Below are positions 59,166 to 64,000 of a stretch of 64,000 nt of DNA, in pieces. Source of the DNA: an uncultured Verrucomicrobiae bacterium (GTDB lineage: Bacteria; Verrucomicrobiota; Verrucomicrobiia; Limisphaerales; Palsa-1400); the NCBI GenBank assembly GCA_963702845.1, contig OY969763.1, positions 1,216,001-1,280,000 of the forward strand, read 5' to 3'. The position numbers and the translations under genes were made by a program. Every line of letters begins with the position of its first letter. Within the stretch, counting starts at the first letter, position 1. The notes beneath the pieces are model-generated. The model was not told the origin of the DNA and searched no databases. It was given only the letters and a program-made list of their open reading frames with translations.

Positions 59166-59232
59166 TCGTCCTTCCCAAAAACACTTTGCTTTATCAGGGT
59201 AGGGGACTATAACTCCCGCACGCCAAGACAAT

Positions 59233-61419
59233 ATGGTTGCCAAGCAGGTTACGTGCATTCGCCAGGGACTACGCAGGCTCGCGCTGTGCGTTTTGACGCT
59301 TGGTTTATTTCTCCCGGTTTTTTCCAAGGCCAACGTTCGTTTTGACGCCTTCGTCGGCTACGACGGACTGGTGCCGACCTGCGCATGGTTCCCGATTACG
59401 TGCGAGTTGCAAAACGACGGCCCCGGGTTCACAGCCGACATCGAAATTTCCTCAGATCAACTCTCCGGCGGCTACAGCCGTCGTGTGCGGGTTGAACTGC
59501 CCACCGGCACGCAGAAGCGCATTTTCATTCCCGTGTTTGCCACGCACTCACGGTTTTGGTCCGCTCAATTAGTGCAAGGCCGAAAAGTCATCGCAGAACA
59601 ACCGATGCTCCGTCCGCGCAAAGGCAGTTTACCCGGCATGCCGATCGTCGCCGCGATTTCGCGAACCGTCGCGGGCGTGCCAACCTTCCCGCCGATTCAC
59701 TCCAACAATTCTGACCTTCAACCGGTCGCCGCGCGTTTGCAGCCGGAAATGTTTCCGGATAATCCACTCGCGCTCGAAGGCATTAATGTTGTTTACCTGA
59801 ACTCCGAAAAAGCCCTGGCCCTCGATGTTCCCCGCGCGCAGGCGTTGATGGCCTGGTTGCAACGCGGTGGACGACTCGTCGTTGCCGTCGAGCAGGCCTC
59901 GGATATCAACGGCAATCCATGGCTGCGCGATCTCATGCCGTGCAAATTTGAGGGTGCCGCGATGGTCAAAGATCACAGCGATCTCCAGGACTGGATTCAG
60001 GATGCGAGCCACGCGGTCAGAGTTGTGGATTCGCATACGATCAAGGAGAACGGGTTCAACGTCGGAGTGAAAAAAACGGTTCCGGTTTTCGCTAATGGAG
60101 ATATTCACGCAGACGACCATTTCGAAGCCGCACCATTGCCAATCGTCACCGCAAAGTTATTGGACGGTGTCGTGACCATTGGCTCCGCCGAAAATCCGCT
60201 GGCCATAGAAGCCGTGCGCGGCCGTGGCAAAATCACCGTGCTTACCTTCAGCCCTGAGCGCGAGCCGTTCCTGTCGTGGACAAATCGCGATTGGTTCTGG
60301 GTGCGCACGGCTCGTGCGTCCGACTCTCTTTTCAAAGCCGAGGAACTTCGGTCCGATTCCGGCGGACGCTTCAGCACCGATGGAATTTTCGGCGCGCTGA
60401 TCGACAGCAAACAAGTTCGCAAATTGCCGCTCGGTTGGTTGCTGTTGCTGCTCGGCGGTTACCTTGTTGTCATCGGTCCGCTCGACCACTATTGGCTCAA
60501 GAAAATCAATAAACAGATGCTGACCTGGATAACATTCCCGTGTTACGTCGTAATTTTTTCCGGTCTGATTTATCTCATCGGCTTCCATCTGCGCGCGGGT
60601 GATCTGGAACTGAACGAACTGAACATCGTCGACATTCTGCCGGACAACGAACAACACGCCGTGTTCCGCGGCCAAACTTATTTGTCCATCTACTCACCCG
60701 TCAACGCGCAGTATCCGATCGCCGGCAAGCAGACGTTCGCTTCATTCCGCGGTGAATACGGCGGCAATTACGGTGCTTCCACTGAACGCAGTCGTGCTAG
60801 CGTGCTTCAACACAGCGCCGGCTTCGAAGCGGAAGCGTATGTGCCGGTTTGGACCAGTCAGCTTTTTGTGAGCGACTGGCTCGAGCCGGGTAACGCTCCA
60901 TTATCCATGACAGCGACCGGCAAGGGGCCAACGTGGAGAGTGACGATCACCAACGAAGGTGACCGCGCGTTTCCAAACGCACACGTGGTCGTTGGCGGGC
61001 GCGTTCACGACATCGGTTCGCTGGCTGCTGGAAAAACCAAAACGTTCGAGTTGGACGATTCGCAAGGCACCCCGATCCAGCAATTCACGCAACGCTACGC
61101 CGACACGTTTCGTAACGCCGTTCAGCAACGCAACCAAAGCTTCGGCGGAAGCTCCGCCGCGATCGACAGTGTCCCCCGCGCCTGTGTCGCCGCTTCGTTC
61201 GCGAGCCAGGCGAATGCGGCGAATGTGGGCAATGCATATAACAACTTCAGTCCAACCGATGGATTGGATTTGTCGGCGTTCGCCAACAACACAACGGCAA
61301 TTCTGTTTGCTTGGGACGAAGGCCATTCCTACACGCAGCCATTTAATCAGTTCAAAGCCGGACGAATGCATCGCAATACGATGCTGCGCCTCGTCCAACC
61401 CGTGAAAAACCAAATTTAA
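59233..61419 (+). CDS. Large membrane protein with a class I glutamine-amidotransferase-like domain
   Basis: Signal peptide, WFPITCEL.N, ALMAWLQRGG.LVV, GRGKITV and a TM hairpin YLVVIGPLDHY.LKK...TW.T.P; abuts the ABC ATPase gene. Confidence 0.7.
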   Translation: MVAKQVTCIRQGLRRLALCVLTLGLFLPVFSKANVRFDAFVGYDGLVPTCAWFPITCELQNDGPGFTADIEISSDQLSGGYSRRVRVELPTGTQKRIFIPVFATHSRFWSAQLVQGRKVIAEQPMLRPRKGSLPGMPIVAAISRTVAGVPTFPPIHSNNSDLQPVAARLQPEMFPDNPLALEGINVVYLNSEKALALDVPRAQALMAWLQRGGRLVVAVEQASDINGNPWLRDLMPCKFEGAAMVKDHSDLQDWIQDASHAVRVVDSHTIKENGFNVGVKKTVPVFANGDIHADDHFEAAPLPIVTAKLLDGVVTIGSAENPLAIEAVRGRGKITVLTFSPEREPFLSWTNRDWFWVRTARASDSLFKAEELRSDSGGRFSTDGIFGALIDSKQVRKLPLGWLLLLLGGYLVVIGPLDHYWLKKINKQMLTWITFPCYVVIFSGLIYLIGFHLRAGDLELNELNIVDILPDNEQHAVFRGQTYLSIYSPVNAQYPIAGKQTFASFRGEYGGNYGASTERSRASVLQHSAGFEAEAYVPVWTSQLFVSDWLEPGNAPLSMTATGKGPTWRVTITNEGDRAFPNAHVVVGGRVHDIGSLAAGKTKTFELDDSQGTPIQQFTQRYADTFRNAVQQRNQSFGGSSAAIDSVPRACVAASFASQANAANVGNAYNNFSPTDGLDLSAFANNTTAILFAWDEGHSYTQPFNQFKAGRMHRNTMLRLVQPVKNQI

Positions 61420-61420
61420 C

Positions 61421-62368
61421 ATGGACGCTTCTACCATTCCTGCCGTTGAAACTATCGGTCTGACACGCCAGTACGGCGCCATGACCGCGCTGGATAATTT
61501 GAACCTGACCATCAACCGCGGCGACCTCTTCGGTTTCATCGGTTCGAACGGGGCAGGGAAGACAACGACCCTTCGTATCTTGGCGACCTTTCTCGCGCCG
61601 TCATCCGGCACCGCCAAAGTGCTCGGGCACGATGTCGTGAAAGATGCAGACGCCGTTCGTCATGTCATCGGTTACATGCCCGATTTCTTCGGTGTCTATA
61701 AAGACATGGAAGTCACCGAGTATCTCGATTTCTTCGGCGCCTGTTACAAAATTCCCACCGCGCAACGCGAGAAGACGGTTAACGACGTTCTCGAACTGGT
61801 CGGGCTCACCGAAAAACGCGGCGCGATCATCGGCGCTTTGAGCCGTGGTATGCAGCAACGTCTCGGCCTCGCTCGCGTGCTCATTCACGATCCCAAAGTT
61901 CTTTTGCTCGACGAACCGGCGAGCGGTCTCGACCCTCGCGCCCGCATCGAGATGATGGCCATTCTCGAAGAACTCAAGCGTCTTGGAAAAACCATCATCA
62001 TTTCATCCCACATCCTGAGCGAGCTGCAAAGCCTTTGTAATCGCGTCGCCATCATCGAACATGGCAAACTGATCTACAGCGGCCCCGTCCAAGGCGTCCG
62101 CGATCAAATGTCGACTGGCCTCATCTATTGGGTGACCGTTCGCGGCGATTCGGCCCCTGCGATTGAACTTTTGAAAGCATGCGCTGAAATCACCGACGCC
62201 GTTGCGGTCGATGGCCAAATCAAAGTCGCCTTCAAGAGCCACGACGTCGATCCAAGTTTTCTTCCCGAAACCCTCGTGCGCGGTGGCGTAAAATTCACCG
62301 GCCTCTGGGAAGACGAACTCGGCCTCGAAGAAGTGTTCTTGCGTGTCACCCGCGGCGAGACGCAGTAG
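61421..62368 (+). CDS. ABC transporter ATP-binding protein
   Basis: GSNGAGKTT, GYMPDFFGVY, LSRGMQQR and LDEPASGLDPRAR. Confidence 0.92.
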   Translation: MDASTIPAVETIGLTRQYGAMTALDNLNLTINRGDLFGFIGSNGAGKTTTLRILATFLAPSSGTAKVLGHDVVKDADAVRHVIGYMPDFFGVYKDMEVTEYLDFFGACYKIPTAQREKTVNDVLELVGLTEKRGAIIGALSRGMQQRLGLARVLIHDPKVLLLDEPASGLDPRARIEMMAILEELKRLGKTIIISSHILSELQSLCNRVAIIEHGKLIYSGPVQGVRDQMSTGLIYWVTVRGDSAPAIELLKACAEITDAVAVDGQIKVAFKSHDVDPSFLPETLVRGGVKFTGLWEDELGLEEVFLRVTRGETQ

Positions 62369-62377
62369 TATTCCGCG

Positions 62378-63178
62378 ATGTCTCGAGTTCCAGACTATCA
62401 CATACACACGCCGCTGTGCCGGCACGCGAGTGGCGAGCCGACGGAATACGCTGCGCACGCGGTGGCGGTTGGCCTGACCGAAATCGGTTTTACAGACCAT
62501 TCACCGATGCGTCAGGACGATTTCGATAACTGGCGCATGCGTTTCGACCAGCTCGGTGAATACATCGAGAAAGTTGAAAAAGCGCGCAAGGACAATCCGC
62601 GTTTGCAGATCAAGATCGGGCTGGAAGTCGATTACTTGCCGGGTCACGAAGCTTGGATTCGCGAACTGGCGGCGTTTCACAACTGGGACTACTTCATCGG
62701 TTCCGTTCACTACATCTCCGACACCTGGGCCGTAGATAATCCGGAGCAGCTTTCCAAATGGAAAGAGCGCGACGCATTTGAAGTGTGGAGCATCTATTTT
62801 GATCGTTTGCGCATGGCCGCTGAAACGGGTTTGTTCGAAATTATTGGACACGCCGATCTGCCGAAAAAATTTCGCATCGTTCCGAAACAGAACTGTCGGC
62901 CACTGTTTGAAACATTCCTCGACGCGGTGCAGAAGACCGGGATTGCCATCGAACTCAACACCGCCGGCTTGCGCAAAGATTGCAAAGAAATCTATCCGAG
63001 CCGCGCCTTGCTCGAAATGGCTTTCGTTCGCAACGTGCCCATCACCTTTGGCTCCGACGCTCACGCGATAACGGAAGTTGGCGCTGATTTTGGAGCGGCC
63101 ATCGAACTGGCGCGTTCGGTCGGGTACACAAAATCAGTCCGGTTCGACCAACGTCAGCGCAGCGAATTAGCTTTGTAG
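62378..63178 (+). CDS. hisJ: Histidinol-phosphatase, PHP/HisJ family
   Basis: DYHIHT.LC.HA, TDHSP, GLEVDY, IGSVH, GHADLPK, ELNT.GLRK and GSDAH. Confidence 0.85.
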   Translation: MSRVPDYHIHTPLCRHASGEPTEYAAHAVAVGLTEIGFTDHSPMRQDDFDNWRMRFDQLGEYIEKVEKARKDNPRLQIKIGLEVDYLPGHEAWIRELAAFHNWDYFIGSVHYISDTWAVDNPEQLSKWKERDAFEVWSIYFDRLRMAAETGLFEIIGHADLPKKFRIVPKQNCRPLFETFLDAVQKTGIAIELNTAGLRKDCKEIYPSRALLEMAFVRNVPITFGSDAHAITEVGADFGAAIELARSVGYTKSVRFDQRQRSELAL

Positions 63179-63235
63179 CAGTCGACTTGTAATTCCAGAC
63201 TAGTCACTCAGTAACCGTTGCGCTAACGTGCTCCA

Positions 63236-64000
63236 ATGGACGCGCTGCCCAAGCCAGAGGCTATTCTTACACACGAAAGCGATTTAGACGGTTTTGTTTC
63301 CGGACTGCTTCTGCAACGGTTGAGCAAACATCTGTTCGGCACCGATATTCCGCTCGAGGCTTATCACTACAATAGCTGGCGCATGCGCGAGATCCGCGAG
63401 AAATCCGGGTGGGTTTGCGATTTCAGTTTCGAGCCGCGCCTCGACAAGATGGACTGGGTCGTGATCGACCATCACGCCACTGAAGCGCAGCCGAAGAATG
63501 CCCGCCTGATTCACAATCTGCAAAAGTCCGCCAGCTTGCTCTGCTACGAACTCTGTCAGCATTATGGCCTCGGCTCACCCGAGTTGGATCGACTCGTTAA
63601 GATTACCAATGTCGGCGACTTGTTCCTCGAAGATGATCCCGATTTCATTCTTGCGAGCGATTACGGCAATCTAGTGAAGACTTACAATTTCTGGAATCTG
63701 CACGCCGTCATCGCCGGCAAACTCGAAGCGTTGCTCGATCATCCGCTGCTGCAGGTGATGGAAGTCAAACGCCGGATCGAAGACCCGATCGGATTTGAGT
63801 GGAGCAAACGCAACGTCATGGAATTGAGTCCGACTGTCGGTTACGTCGATACGGTCGTTGGCAACAATAACCTCATCGTCCACCAATTGCTTGATGGCAA
63901 AGCGATCAAATTCCCTGTCCTTCTGACGCTCTTTCGCAAAGGCAACAACACCGTCATCGTGAGCTTGCGCAGCCGCAATGGTGAGGCGCTGAAGATCGCC
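63236..64000 (+). CDS. DHH-family phosphoesterase (partial, runs off window end)
   Basis: Manual translation from ATG at 63236: MDALPKPEAILTHESDLDGFVSG...VCDF...VIDHH...SLRSRNGEAL. Confidence 0.8.
   Translation, partial: MDALPKPEAILTHESDLDGFVSGLLLQRLSKHLFGTDIPLEAYHYNSWRMREIREKSGWVCDFSFEPRLDKMDWVVIDHHATEAQPKNARLIHNLQKSASLLCYELCQHYGLGSPELDRLVKITNVGDLFLEDDPDFILASDYGNLVKTYNFWNLHAVIAGKLEALLDHPLLQVMEVKRRIEDPIGFEWSKRNVMELSPTVGYVDTVVGNNNLIVHQLLDGKAIKFPVLLTLFRKGNNTVIVSLRSRNGEALKIA

Overview
Gene-dense chromosomal window from a Verrucomicrobiota-like bacterium, probably Pedosphaera/Limisphaerales-type. This taxonomy is inferred from gene content: a prepilin/H-X9-DG protein, a DUF1501-type Tat protein, an ECF sigma factor with a C-terminal extension, sulfatases and GTAG REPs. 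Housekeeping blocks are metK-ahcY with a divergent ArsR-methyltransferase (SahR-type) regulator, rnr, coaD-yceD-rpmF-plsX-fabH-rseP-ispG, ruvB, korAB, bioB and hisJ. Accessory content includes GH79/esterase/nagA carbohydrate genes, two sulfatases, a partial ebo cluster, a PAS/GAF two-component pair, a Gld-like ABC operon and secreted proteins with a shared C-terminal motif. No rRNA, tRNA, CRISPR array, transposase or integrase was seen. The most notable observations are: (1) an intact 581-aa ATP-cone protein that is a condensed ribonucleotide reductase alpha subunit lacking all catalytic residues; (2) a ~760-bp non-coding gap between convergent genes with a sigma70-like promoter, an rrn-type boxA, hairpins and a terminator (candidate ncRNA); (3) a membrane-anchored ECF sigma factor carrying a secretin-N0/STN-like domain; (4) an identical heptamer-repeat 22-mer exactly 34 nt upstream of two start codons. 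Clustered single-base frameshifts at 0.3-0.9 kb and 53.3-57.1 kb look like sequencing/assembly errors. All calls come from visual motif recognition; no database searches were run.
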